From an uncultured bacterium (GTDB lineage: Bacteria; Verrucomicrobiota; Lentisphaeria; Victivallales; UBA1829): a stretch of DNA of 64,000 nt. Positions 44,361 to 54,115 of this stretch are shown here, piece after piece (position 1 is the first letter of the stretch; every line of letters begins with the position of its first letter). Under the pieces are notes generated by a model that ran no database searches, was not told where the DNA came from, and saw only the letters and a program-made list of their open reading frames with translations. The translations under genes were made by a program, and so were the position numbers. The stretch lies in the NCBI GenBank assembly GCA_900549415.1, contig URNX01000004.1, positions 19,967 to 83,966 on the forward strand, in the 5' to 3' direction.

Positions 44361-46487
44361 TCAAACTTTTGCTGAGTCTGCCTTCAGATGATAAATCCGG
44401 CTGTCGAAATCTCCTTCGAGCGGGACGTGGATTCCGATTTCGGCGAGTCCGCGTCCGGTCATGCGTTCCGGGGCTTCGAGGGTGGTGTTCTGATGATAGA
44501 AATCCCTTACTGCCTTTTTGCCGTGGCATTCAATCGTGTAGGAGGTCTGCGGATCAAGTCCCTGAAGACGAATGTTCGGCAGTTGCTGCCCGTATTGCAG
44601 CGCGTGCGAGAAGACGAAGAGGAGAGCTTCGGAGCGATCCGGAAGAACGAATTCGAATGCTGCATGGCGGTCGTGATGCCAGGAGGCGATGCGGTAGAGT
44701 TCGCCGCCTGCGATGATGTGACGGATTTCACGGTTCAGCGCGAGGTAGGCTTTGCACTCTTCGATCTCCTCCGGCGTGCTCTTGTTGAGGTCGATTCCGA
44801 GCGATGGCCAGCCCATGAGCGCGGCGTGTGCCATGAAGGAGAGCGGAATGACGCGGTGGTTGATGACGTAGGTGTAGTTCCTGCTGATCTGGCAGCCGCC
44901 GCCCGCCATGCGCGGATGATGAAGGTAGGAATAGCCCTCCTCGATGTCGAGAACATCGAGCGTGTCCTGGTTGTCGCTGCGGTTGGTGCGGCAGAAATAG
45001 CGGTCCATTTCGAGATCGCAGCGTCCGCTTCCGCTTGCGCAGTTTTCGAAAATGACCTGCGGGAACTCCTCGTTGAGACGGCGCATCAGGCGGTAGAAGT
45101 TGAGCATGTACTTTGTTTTGATTTCGCGCCGGTGTTCATGGAACGCGGGGACGAAAAGGTAATGGTTCATATCCATTTTGAAGTATGCGATGTCGTTTTC
45201 GCGGATGAGCGTGCGGATGGTGTCGCAGATGTATTCGAACGCGTCTTCCCGGGCGAGATTGAGCTGCGCCGCGCCGTCGCCGAGAACCCATTCCGGACGT
45301 TCGGTCCAGAGACGGCTCTGCGGAACGACGACTTCGAATTCCATCCAGAGACCGAACTTCATGCCGTGGGCTTTGACGCTTTCGGCGATCTTCTTGAGTC
45401 CGTTGGGAAAGTTTTTCGGATGAACCGTCCAGTTCCCGACATCGGTCTGCCAGCCGTCGTCGATGATGAAGAGTTCGCATCCGACTTCGGCGGCTTTGGG
45501 GATGAGGTCGAGAACTCCCTGTTCGGTGAGTTCTGTGCGGCGGATGCAGGAGAATGTGTTGAAGACGACGGGGCGGGGACGCTGCGTCCAGTATTTTGAG
45601 CTGAGGTGCTTTGCGCTGAAACGGTGAACGGTGCGGGTCATCTCACCGAATCCGCCGCGGGTGAATCCGGCGAGGAAACGGGGCGTTTCGAAATGTTCGC
45701 CGGGTTGGAGCGTGAGCTCGAAGTCATAGTTGTTCAGTCCGCCGGAAACACGAGTTTCTCCGTAGACGTCGCGCTCGACGATGAACTTCCAGTCGCCGCT
45801 CCAGAGGAGTGTGCCGAAGTGGACGTCGCCGGAATTTTCATCCGCGTTGCCCGGATCGAACGCGAAGAAGGGGACCGTTGCATGACTGCTGATTCCGATG
45901 CGGCTTTCGAGCACGCGCTGTCCGGGCGCGACTTCGGCGCGGCGGACGCGGTACTCCTGTCCCCATTCGCCCTGAAGGGTTGTGAGGCGCGGCGCGTTTC
46001 CGCGCGGGAGGCTCCATGCGGCGGAGAAGAGCGTTTCAAAACGGAGAGGCGCGGAGCCTTCGTTGACGACTTCGGAGTGGCGTTGGATGAGGTCGAGTTC
46101 GGGGAACAGTTCGTAGTGCAGGAGAACCGCGAGCGAGGAGGCTTCGTCGAAAAGAGAGACGATGAGATGATTTTCGTTTTCGAGCGTGTGACCGCGGTAC
46201 TTCAGATTCAGCGTCTGATCCGGTTCGAGAAGTTTGAGGTGGGGTTCGTAGCAGTAGAGACGGTTTGCTGCGGAATACTCGTATCTTCCGAGTTTTGCGC
46301 GGAGGTTGTAGACCTTGATGCGGAACCAGGCGACGGTGTCGGTTGAGGGAAGATCGCTGATTTCTTCAATCTTTCCGCCCCAGTGCAGATTGACGGGGAT
46401 TCCGTCTTCCGTGAGGCCGAACGCATAGGACATTTTATCTGTGCTGCACAGGAAAATTTTCTTTTCCCGATCGAACTGAACAGGCAT
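44361..46487 (-). CDS. Alpha-galactosidase, glycoside hydrolase family 36
   Basis: GH36 blocks KFGLWMEFE, YFKMDMN and FENCASGSGRCD. I prefer the start at MPVQFDREKK (46487). Confidence 0.85.
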   Translation of the reverse strand: MPVQFDREKKIFLCSTDKMSYAFGLTEDGIPVNLHWGGKIEEISDLPSTDTVAWFRIKVYNLRAKLGRYEYSAANRLYCYEPHLKLLEPDQTLNLKYRGHTLENENHLIVSLFDEASSLAVLLHYELFPELDLIQRHSEVVNEGSAPLRFETLFSAAWSLPRGNAPRLTTLQGEWGQEYRVRRAEVAPGQRVLESRIGISSHATVPFFAFDPGNADENSGDVHFGTLLWSGDWKFIVERDVYGETRVSGGLNNYDFELTLQPGEHFETPRFLAGFTRGGFGEMTRTVHRFSAKHLSSKYWTQRPRPVVFNTFSCIRRTELTEQGVLDLIPKAAEVGCELFIIDDGWQTDVGNWTVHPKNFPNGLKKIAESVKAHGMKFGLWMEFEVVVPQSRLWTERPEWVLGDGAAQLNLAREDAFEYICDTIRTLIRENDIAYFKMDMNHYLFVPAFHEHRREIKTKYMLNFYRLMRRLNEEFPQVIFENCASGSGRCDLEMDRYFCRTNRSDNQDTLDVLDIEEGYSYLHHPRMAGGGCQISRNYTYVINHRVIPLSFMAHAALMGWPSLGIDLNKSTPEEIEECKAYLALNREIRHIIAGGELYRIASWHHDRHAAFEFVLPDRSEALLFVFSHALQYGQQLPNIRLQGLDPQTSYTIECHGKKAVRDFYHQNTTLEAPERMTGRGLAEIGIHVPLEGDFDSRIYHLKADSAKV

Positions 46488-46646
46488 GAGTTTGCTCCTT
46501 TTTTGTGATTTTCCGTTTGCGTGAATAATATATCCCGGTGTTTTCCGCGCCGCAATAATAAGAAAGTACGATACATGGGAAAATAGTATTTCCTCCACTT
46601 TTTTTTCTTTTCCGTGGTGCTATAGTACGGTAAACAGGGAGGTCTC

Positions 46647-47582
46647 ATGCAGCAAATCTATTTTGACGACTGTGACGGACAGAATATCTGGATTGATTTC
46701 CGGCGGGAAAACAAATGCGGCGATGTGAATCCTGCGACGATATCGACTGCGGGCGACCGGCGGATTCAGGCGGGAGAGCGGTACTACAAGACACCGGATC
46801 TGCTTCTGCGGATCATCGGCGGGGGGCCGTTCCATATTCTCCAGTACACCCAGCGCGGAAAGGTCCGCTTCATCAACAAACAGCCAGACGGGAGAAAACA
46901 GGAATATGAGGTGGGACCGGAACAGTGTTTTTTCATTACGCCGGATGAGAAGTATGAATTCTACAATCCGGACCAGTGCTTTTACAGCTTCATCTACATC
47001 GGTTTCCGCGGACCGCTTGCGGAGCATGTGTTCAAGCGGATTCTGGAGATCGGGCCTGTGCATCAGCTTTCGCGGAATTCGGAAATTGTGGAGGAATTTC
47101 ATACGCTTTTCCGCCGCGCTCTGCACAACGAACTGAATTTCTGCGAACTCCGCAAAATCGCAACCGTGATGCTGCTGGATCTGGAACGCGACATTTGCGA
47201 CAAGGCGTTGGCAGGTTCGGACGAGTTTTTGCGCGAACTCTCCAACTGGGCAAGCGAAAACATTGCGGAAATGAGCGTGGAAAAACTTGCGGAGCATTGC
47301 CGGATGAGCACAAAATATTTTCAGGCGTACTTCCGGAAACGCTGCGGCATCACTCCGGGAAAATTCCTCAATGACCTGCGTATGAATTACGTGGTCCGCC
47401 TTTTGGAATGCACGGGAATGAAACTCAGCTCGATCGCGGATGCGGCGGGATTTTACGACGCCAGCTATCTGTGCCGCGTCTTCCGTCAGCAGACCGGCAT
47501 CACGCCTGAAGCGTTCCGGAGCGGAGAGCCCGTCAGGAAGGGCGATTTTGTTTTTCAGGGGAAAAATACTATTCTCCCATAG
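46647..47582 (+). CDS. AraC family transcriptional regulator
   Basis: Cupin-like N-terminus and C-terminal HTH (LAEHCRMSTKYFQAYFRKRCGITPGKF...IADAAGFYDASYLCRVFRQQTGITPEAFR). Confidence 0.85.
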   Translation: MQQIYFDDCDGQNIWIDFRRENKCGDVNPATISTAGDRRIQAGERYYKTPDLLLRIIGGGPFHILQYTQRGKVRFINKQPDGRKQEYEVGPEQCFFITPDEKYEFYNPDQCFYSFIYIGFRGPLAEHVFKRILEIGPVHQLSRNSEIVEEFHTLFRRALHNELNFCELRKIATVMLLDLERDICDKALAGSDEFLRELSNWASENIAEMSVEKLAEHCRMSTKYFQAYFRKRCGITPGKFLNDLRMNYVVRLLECTGMKLSSIADAAGFYDASYLCRVFRQQTGITPEAFRSGEPVRKGDFVFQGKNTILP

Positions 47583-47665
47583 TTCATACTATTCTGTTAT
47601 TGTGCGGAGAAAACGGAAGTGTTATATTAAAACCCGGGTTCCACAATAACAAAAAAGGAAAAATC

Positions 47666-50600
47666 ATGAAAAAAATTGCACTGATGGCGCTGATGTTTGT
47701 TTCAGCGTGTCTCGCCGGAGCCGGGGAGCTCCGGAATCTGCTTGCGAATCCGGATTTTTCATCCGGAATGGCGCACTGGGAAGTGGAGGGGAAAATCGGA
47801 ACGGTCACTCCGAAGAACGGCGGCGTCGAACTGAATGTGCAGAAGAGCCGCAATTCCGGTCTGCTGAAACTCCAGCAGGCTCTGCGGAATCTGAAAGTCG
47901 GTGAAACGTACCGTCTTTACTTCACGGTCAACTGCGAAAAGCCGCAGACCCGTCCGGTTGTGATCTCCTACCGGATGCGCAGAAAACCGAAAAACCTCGG
48001 TTTCATCAAATGGGTTCCGCTGCGTCAGGGGGAACAGAAACTTTTCGTTGAAATCGTTCCCGGGCTGGAGAGCGACAATCCGGAAGATCCGCCTGTGCTC
48101 TCGTTCTACATCGGTGAGCTGGACGGCAAGGTCACGCTCTCCGAAATGGTGCTGTTCAATCTGAACGACATCAAGCCGGTTCAGCCTCCGTTTTCGGAAA
48201 AGTGGACGCTGTTCGGGCTTGTCGATCCCGCGGTCAAGGCGTTTGACGCAATTCCCGCCGAACTGCCCGGAATCAAGGAGAAAACGGTGAAGCCTGTTGC
48301 GGTGAACGCGCCCTCCTCACTCAAGGAGAGCAAAATCAATCTCCGTCTGGAAGCCGGAGCCACGCGCAAGCGTCACTCGGATCCCGCGATGCTCTACAAC
48401 GAGTTTGAATCTCCCGTCGATGCACAGATTCCCGTCGGATTCGGGGCGGACTGGTATATGGAGATCCACCTCAACGGCAAACTGGTTTATTCGACGATGG
48501 CGGAAGGCAATCAGAAGTCTCCTGTTTCCGCATCCAATCATCTCGTCTTCCTTCCGGTGAAGAAGGGGAAGAACCTGCTGGCGGTCAAGGTCCTTGCCGG
48601 TTCCGAAGGCTGGAAACTCTTCTGGGGTCCGGTCCAGCCGCCTCCGGCTCCGCAGCGTTTTACGGCAAAAGAGGGATATTATCCGATCGATACCGCAAAG
48701 CTCGCGGTGAAGAAGGGAAGCGCGCTCGACCTTTCCTCCATCATTGATGCTCCCGCAGGCAAATACGGACGCGCCGTTCTGACTCCGGAGGGGCATATTG
48801 CCTTCGAGAAGAATTCTGCGCCGCAGCGTTTCTTCGGATTCTCCAGCGATGTGGATGAGAAAGTCTGGAAGACTTCAAGCGACCGCGATTTCCCGTTCCT
48901 CGCCGCCGAGTACGCCCGCGCCGTCCGCGCGCAAGGTTACAATCTGTTCCGCATGCACGGATTCGACGAGTGGGTCATGACGGATTCCCGCGAGGATCAG
49001 AAACCGCTTCCGCGCTATCTGGACCGCTGGGACCGTCTGATTTATGAGATGAAGCAGCAGGGAATTTATCTTCAGTTCAATATTTTCGCTTTTGCTCTTT
49101 ACGTCCCCTCGCAGAACCGTTTTCTGACGACGGAAAAGCGGAATGCGAACAAGATTCTTTTTCTGCTTGGAGAGCCGGAAATCCGCGCCCGCTTCGCGGA
49201 AGTCAGCCGGAAGATTCTCAATCATGTGAACCCTTACACCAAGCTCGCGTGGAAGGACGATCCCGTCTTCATTGCAATGGAATATTACAACGAGCTCGGG
49301 CTTGCGGTTGAGCTGACCCGCAAAATGGAGAACGCGTATCCGGCGGAATACCGTTTCCTCAAGGAAAAATGGCGCGGCTTCCTCCGGGAAAAATACGCCG
49401 CGCTTCCGAAAGAGAAGAATCCGCACTCCGCCGCGACGATGGCGAATCCGCGGCTCCCGGTCTTCTGGGACCGCTCGCAGCTGCGCGTGGATTACGATGA
49501 ATTCTGGTACGAATGCATGAAGGACGCCTACCGTTTCTGCGATCAGGTCATGAGGGATTGCGGTTACAAGGGCTTGACGCTTCAATGTCCGATGCCCGCG
49601 CTCCGTTGTGCGGCTGTGTCGTGGGAGAGCGTGCAGATCGTCGACGGTCACGGCTACCACTGTCATCCGGACGGCGGGGAACAGCCGGGCGCGAGCGTGA
49701 GCCAGGTGAGTTCGATCGCGGAGGCGGCAAACGTCTTCCGCCGTCGTTTCGGACAGCATATCTACGGGCGTCCGTTCTTCTTCAACGAGCACAACTACTG
49801 TTTCCGGAATCCGTTCCAGTATGAAAAACCGGTTGCGCTTGACGCTTATGCCGCGCTGAACGACTGGGATTCTCTGGCGATTCATTCAGGCGCCGTTGCG
49901 TTGACGAACGATAAGCGCGCAAGTTCGTTCGAGGTCGCGAACAACCCGGTTCTGCGTGCCGGAGAGTTTCTCTCCTCGCTGTTCTTCCTGCGCCGCGACG
50001 TCGCGCCGGCAAAACACAATGTCGCAGTCGCGCTGAGCAAAAACTACGTGTTCCGTCCGGGCAACAGCGCGAATGCGCTTGCGCCGACGCAAAGCCGTAT
50101 CACTCTTCTGACGAAAGCCGCATCGCTCTTCACCGATCTTCCGCGTTACGACCGCGTCCCGCAGCCGGGCGGACCGGATATGACGATCGCTCCTGCCGGA
50201 AGCGGAGAAATCGTCTGGCACGGCTGGTACGCCGCCGCGAAGGAGACCGCCGCGGCCGATTCCTCGCTCGAAGCTCTGGTCAAAACCATGCGTTCGCGCG
50301 GAATTCTTCCCAAAGACAACATCACCGATCTTGCGAAGCAGATTTATCAGAGCGAAACGGGCGAGATCACCATGTTCGCCAAAGAGAAGAAAATGACAGT
50401 CGTCACGCCGAAGAGCGAAGCCGTCGCGCTGACTGCCGGAAAAACGGAGAAGCTCAATACGATCGACGTCAAAAGAAACAGCGTCAATTCTCTGATCGGC
50501 CTGGCGTCCGTCGACGACAAGGCGCTGACGGAATCGGGACGCATGGTTCTGGTTCTTTCCACGCGAGTGGCGAACACGAATATGCAGCACGACCCGAGCG

Positions 50601-50830
50601 GAGTTCATCTGCGCGTCATCGGCACGCTCCCGATTCTCTATCAGTGCGGCGAGTATGAGATTGAGATCAGACGCGCGGAAAAACTGCGCTGTTATGCGCT
50701 GAGCCTGACCGGAGAGCGCAAGGAGGAAATCCCGCTCGTCCGCTCCGCCGATGGCTGGAAGTTCGCGCTTGACATGGCGAAACTGAAGCACGGTCCGACT
50801 CCGTTCTTTGAAGTTGTCGCTGAAAAGTAA
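47666..50830 (+). CDS. Large secreted multidomain putative glycoside hydrolase (CBM-like N-terminus plus clan GH-A-like TIM barrel)
   Basis: Signal peptide MKKIALMALMFVSACLAGAG. CBM4/22-like LLANPDFSSGMAHWEVEG. TIM-barrel-like GYNLFRMHGFDEW with a candidate acid/base motif FFFNEHNY. Confidence 0.55.
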   Translation: MKKIALMALMFVSACLAGAGELRNLLANPDFSSGMAHWEVEGKIGTVTPKNGGVELNVQKSRNSGLLKLQQALRNLKVGETYRLYFTVNCEKPQTRPVVISYRMRRKPKNLGFIKWVPLRQGEQKLFVEIVPGLESDNPEDPPVLSFYIGELDGKVTLSEMVLFNLNDIKPVQPPFSEKWTLFGLVDPAVKAFDAIPAELPGIKEKTVKPVAVNAPSSLKESKINLRLEAGATRKRHSDPAMLYNEFESPVDAQIPVGFGADWYMEIHLNGKLVYSTMAEGNQKSPVSASNHLVFLPVKKGKNLLAVKVLAGSEGWKLFWGPVQPPPAPQRFTAKEGYYPIDTAKLAVKKGSALDLSSIIDAPAGKYGRAVLTPEGHIAFEKNSAPQRFFGFSSDVDEKVWKTSSDRDFPFLAAEYARAVRAQGYNLFRMHGFDEWVMTDSREDQKPLPRYLDRWDRLIYEMKQQGIYLQFNIFAFALYVPSQNRFLTTEKRNANKILFLLGEPEIRARFAEVSRKILNHVNPYTKLAWKDDPVFIAMEYYNELGLAVELTRKMENAYPAEYRFLKEKWRGFLREKYAALPKEKNPHSAATMANPRLPVFWDRSQLRVDYDEFWYECMKDAYRFCDQVMRDCGYKGLTLQCPMPALRCAAVSWESVQIVDGHGYHCHPDGGEQPGASVSQVSSIAEAANVFRRRFGQHIYGRPFFFNEHNYCFRNPFQYEKPVALDAYAALNDWDSLAIHSGAVALTNDKRASSFEVANNPVLRAGEFLSSLFFLRRDVAPAKHNVAVALSKNYVFRPGNSANALAPTQSRITLLTKAASLFTDLPRYDRVPQPGGPDMTIAPAGSGEIVWHGWYAAAKETAAADSSLEALVKTMRSRGILPKDNITDLAKQIYQSETGEITMFAKEKKMTVVTPKSEAVALTAGKTEKLNTIDVKRNSVNSLIGLASVDDKALTESGRMVLVLSTRVANTNMQHDPSGVHLRVIGTLPILYQCGEYEIEIRRAEKLRCYALSLTGERKEEIPLVRSADGWKFALDMAKLKHGPTPFFEVVAEK

Positions 50831-50838
50831 AGCGTGTT

Positions 50839-51690
50839 TTATTTCCCCCGCAGTTTCGCGGGGGAGCTTCCGGTGATGCGGCGGATGGTGCGGGCGAAAT
50901 ATTCCGGCGAGGAAAAGCCGCTCGCCCGTGCGGTCTCTTCGATGCTCCTGCGCGGATCTTTGAGCAGATGCAGCGCATGATTCACCCGGCAGGCGATGAG
51001 ATGTTCAATGACCGAATGCCCGTAACACGCGGAAAACGCGCGTGAAAGGGTGACGCGGTGGAGACCGAGAAGCTCCGCGATGCGGTCAACGTTGAGTTCC
51101 GGATTTGTGAAGTTCCGCTCAATCACCGCTTTGACCCGCTCCGCCGTCGAACCTTCCGGTTTGGGGGCGGGGGAGGCGATGCGCGTCAGGATTTCAAACG
51201 CCGCCGCAAGGACTCGCATCCGCGCGGCGTTGTCGGCGGATTCGATTTCCAGTTCGATCCGTGCGAAAAGCTCCTCGGGGCATACCCCCGCCGCATTGAG
51301 ACCGGGGAGAATGTGGAGCCCGTCGAAAAGTGTCTTTGTTCCCGGTCCTTCCAGCGAGAGCCAGCGGTAATGGAAGAGGGGATCGCCGGGGATGTAATCG
51401 TGCCGTGCGCCGGGCGGATAGTACCAGACCTGCCCCGGAAGAAGCGAGTGGCGTCTGCCGTTCAGCGAGAAGAGCCCCTTGCCCTCCAGACACCAGAAGA
51501 TTTCTCCGAAATCCGCAGTTTTTATTCCCTCGCGGTTGCCCGGAAGAACGCGGAAGTGCCCGACCGAGCGGACGAAAAACGCGGTCTTTCCGCGAATGAC
51601 CGCGAATTTGTAATCCTTGAATTCCCGCATAGTTTCAAAAACGCCTTTCCGATGTTGCAAAAGTGCAGATTCTTTCTGTTGAATATTCAT
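50839..51690 (-). CDS. AraC family transcriptional regulator
   Basis: Cupin N-terminus and C-terminal HTH (IAELLGLHRVTLSRAFSACYG...TARASGFSSPEYFARTIRRITGSSP). Confidence 0.85.
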   Translation of the reverse strand: MNIQQKESALLQHRKGVFETMREFKDYKFAVIRGKTAFFVRSVGHFRVLPGNREGIKTADFGEIFWCLEGKGLFSLNGRRHSLLPGQVWYYPPGARHDYIPGDPLFHYRWLSLEGPGTKTLFDGLHILPGLNAAGVCPEELFARIELEIESADNAARMRVLAAAFEILTRIASPAPKPEGSTAERVKAVIERNFTNPELNVDRIAELLGLHRVTLSRAFSACYGHSVIEHLIACRVNHALHLLKDPRRSIEETARASGFSSPEYFARTIRRITGSSPAKLRGK

Positions 51691-51723
51691 TAAATATACG
51701 TTATAGTTTTACAAAAAGCAAAT

Positions 51724-53388
51724 ATGGAGGATTTTTTTATGAGAACAGAGCAATCTTTGAACGGAATCTGGGACTTTGAATTTTCAGTGAAGGCTCCGGA
51801 ACAAATCAATCTTGCGGAGCTTGCGTTTCCGGAACGCATCTCGGTTCCCGGGTGTTTCGATGCATTGGCAAAATATGCCGGGAAGCGCGGGACGGGCGTC
51901 TACCGCCGTTTCGTCGAATGCGGAGGAACGGTCCGCCTGAATCTGGAAGCGGTTGGTCTGCGTGCGGATGTTTACTGGGACCGGAAGAGAATCGGGCGTA
52001 CGGAACTGCCGTATTCGCCGTACACTCCCGTTTTTGATGCGGGAGCGCGGGGGCGGCACGAGCTGGTGATTGTGACGGACAACCGTCAGGACTCGGGAAC
52101 GGCTTCGCTTTTCCATGCATATTATGATTTTTACGCGTACGGTGGAATTTACCGCAATGTTTCGCTGACCGAACTTCCCGCATACCGGATTGACCGTGCG
52201 GAGTTTATCCCGGAGGATCTGGAAGAGGGAACGGTTCGGATTCGTCTTGCGCTCGGCGGAGAGATTCCGGAGCAGGTGACTGCGGAAGTCCGGTTCGATA
52301 CTTCTGCGGAGGCGGAAAAGATTACGCTTCATTCGGGTGTGGCGGAAGCGGTCTGCCGCGTCCCCTGTTTCAAACTCTGGTCGCCTGAGTCGCCGGAACT
52401 GCACACCGCACGTGTCGTCATTCCCGGAGATACCGTTTCTGTTGAGTTCGGAATGCGCAAAATCGAATGTAAAAACGGAACATTTCTGCTGAATGGAAAG
52501 CCGCTGAAGCTGATTGGCTGGAACCGTCATGAAAGTCATCCGGAATTCGGCGCGGCGGTTCCGGAGTTCCTGACTTGTTCCGATCTGCGCATGATAAAAG
52601 AGCAGGGCTGCAACTTCATTCGCGGCTGTCACTACAAACAGAGCGAAGCGATGCTGCGTCTGTGCGACCGCATGGGTCTGCTCGTCTGGGAGGAGTCTCT
52701 GGGCTGGGGCAACCGCCGGGAACAGCTTGCCGACCCCGAATTCCGCCGACTCCAGCGGGAGCAGACGGTTGCGATGGTGCGGAGCAGCATCAATCATCCG
52801 AGCGTGATTCTGTGGGGCTTCCTGAACGAGTGCGCGAGCGAAACGCCGGAGGCGCGTGGTTGCATTGCGGAACTGGCGTCGGCAATTCGCGCGGAAGATT
52901 CTTCGCGTCCGGTGACGTTTGCTTCGAACCGCGGAGTCAAGGATGTCTGCCTGGATTTGGTCGACGTAATCGCGTTCAACACCTATCCCGGCTGGTACGA
53001 TCACACCGAGATTGAAAGTTACGGAATTGACCGCGTGATTCCTGCCCTGGAAGAGCTCGCGGAGTTCGCAAGCCGTCCGGAGTATCGCGATAAACCTTTG
53101 ATTGTCAGCGAGATCGGCGCGGCCGCAATCATCGGAGACCATTCGGGGCTTCCGTGGTCGGAAGAGTATCAGGCGGAGCTTCTCGGCGCGGCGCTCAGTT
53201 TCGCCCTGACGAATCCGCGGTGCGGCGGCATTGCGATGTGGCAGTTCTGCAATGCCCGCACGTACACCGCGAATTCGTGCGTGCTGACGCGTCCGCGCGG
53301 CTTCAACAACAAAGGCGCGGTGGATGAATACCGCCGTCCGAAGCTCGCGTGGCACCGGATCCGGCAGATGCTTACGGATGCGCGCTGA
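51724..53388 (+). CDS. Glycoside hydrolase family 2, beta-glucuronidase-like
   Basis: SLNGIWDFEF N-terminus, GWNRHESHPEFG, FIRGCHYKQSE and NHPSVILWGFLNE. The start is either 51724 or 51739. Confidence 0.8.
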   Translation: MEDFFMRTEQSLNGIWDFEFSVKAPEQINLAELAFPERISVPGCFDALAKYAGKRGTGVYRRFVECGGTVRLNLEAVGLRADVYWDRKRIGRTELPYSPYTPVFDAGARGRHELVIVTDNRQDSGTASLFHAYYDFYAYGGIYRNVSLTELPAYRIDRAEFIPEDLEEGTVRIRLALGGEIPEQVTAEVRFDTSAEAEKITLHSGVAEAVCRVPCFKLWSPESPELHTARVVIPGDTVSVEFGMRKIECKNGTFLLNGKPLKLIGWNRHESHPEFGAAVPEFLTCSDLRMIKEQGCNFIRGCHYKQSEAMLRLCDRMGLLVWEESLGWGNRREQLADPEFRRLQREQTVAMVRSSINHPSVILWGFLNECASETPEARGCIAELASAIRAEDSSRPVTFASNRGVKDVCLDLVDVIAFNTYPGWYDHTEIESYGIDRVIPALEELAEFASRPEYRDKPLIVSEIGAAAIIGDHSGLPWSEEYQAELLGAALSFALTNPRCGGIAMWQFCNARTYTANSCVLTRPRGFNNKGAVDEYRRPKLAWHRIRQMLTDAR

Positions 53389-53971
53389 ACGTTTCGCCGA
53401 GATATTCGGCGACGCCCTCCGCGGACGGTTTCATTCCCTTTTCGCCCTTGTGCCAGTTCGCGGGGCAGACTTCGCCGTGTTCCTCGAAGAACTGGAGCGC
53501 GTCCAGAATCCGCAACGCCTCATCGACGCTGCGTCCGAGCGGAAGATCGTTGACGAGTTCGTGACGCACGACACCCTGCCGGTCGATGAGGAAGAGTCCG
53601 CGCAGGGCGACGGCGTCATTGAGGAGAACTCCGTAGTCGCGCGAGATGCTTTTTGTGGTGTCCGCGACCATCGGGAAGCGGACGCAGCCGATGCCGCCCT
53701 TGTTCGGCGGAACGGATTTCCAGGCGAAATGCGTGTACTCCGTGTCGGTTGAGACGCTGACGAGTTCGCATCCGCGCCGCTTGAATTCTTCATATTTTTC
53801 ATTGAATGCGAGAATTTCCGACGGACAGACGAACGAGAAGTCCATCGGGTAGAAGAAGAGAACGACGTATCTGCCTTTCAGACTGGAAAGTTTGAATTTG
53901 CGGAACGAGTTGTCTCCCATGACGGCGTTTGCGGTGAAATCCGGCGCATTTTCTGTGACGAGTGCAGACAT
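53372..53971 (-). CDS. Typical 2-Cys peroxiredoxin (AhpC/Tsa family)
   Basis: FFYPMDFSFVCPSEI peroxidatic-Cys block and the resolving-Cys block EVCPANW. Confidence 0.9.
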   Translation of the reverse strand: MSALVTENAPDFTANAVMGDNSFRKFKLSSLKGRYVVLFFYPMDFSFVCPSEILAFNEKYEEFKRRGCELVSVSTDTEYTHFAWKSVPPNKGGIGCVRFPMVADTTKSISRDYGVLLNDAVALRGLFLIDRQGVVRHELVNDLPLGRSVDEALRILDALQFFEEHGEVCPANWHKGEKGMKPSAEGVAEYLGETFSAHP

Positions 53972-54063
53972 GATGAAATCCCCCTTGTTTGATTCGGAAA
54001 CGGCATGTTTCCTTATTCAAGCATAACACCGGAAAACGGGAAATTCAAGCGAGGAAAATACGC

Positions 54064-54108
54064 CCGTCTGCTTTTTGTCCGACTGTTTGAACGGAGAAAA
54101 GCAGACGG
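54064..54108 (-). terminator. 12-bp stem-loop after the acyltransferase-like gene
   Basis: ccgtctgctttt (54064-54075) pairs with aaaagcagacgg (54097-54108). An A-run sits on one side and a weaker U-rich tail on the other. Confidence 0.4.
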
Positions 54109-54115
54109 ATTTTTT

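Noticed and set aside
51784-53355. 523-aa minus-strand ORF
   Set aside because: It is antisense to the GH2 beta-glucuronidase-like gene and has an Arg-rich, low-complexity translation.
53372-53388. Convergent 3'-end overlaps (GH2/peroxiredoxin 17 bp; PfkB/GH78-like 8 bp at 17121-17128)
   Set aside because: Short convergent overlaps are common in compact genomes and both partners have intact family motifs. I note them only as evidence of tight packing, not as a functional feature.
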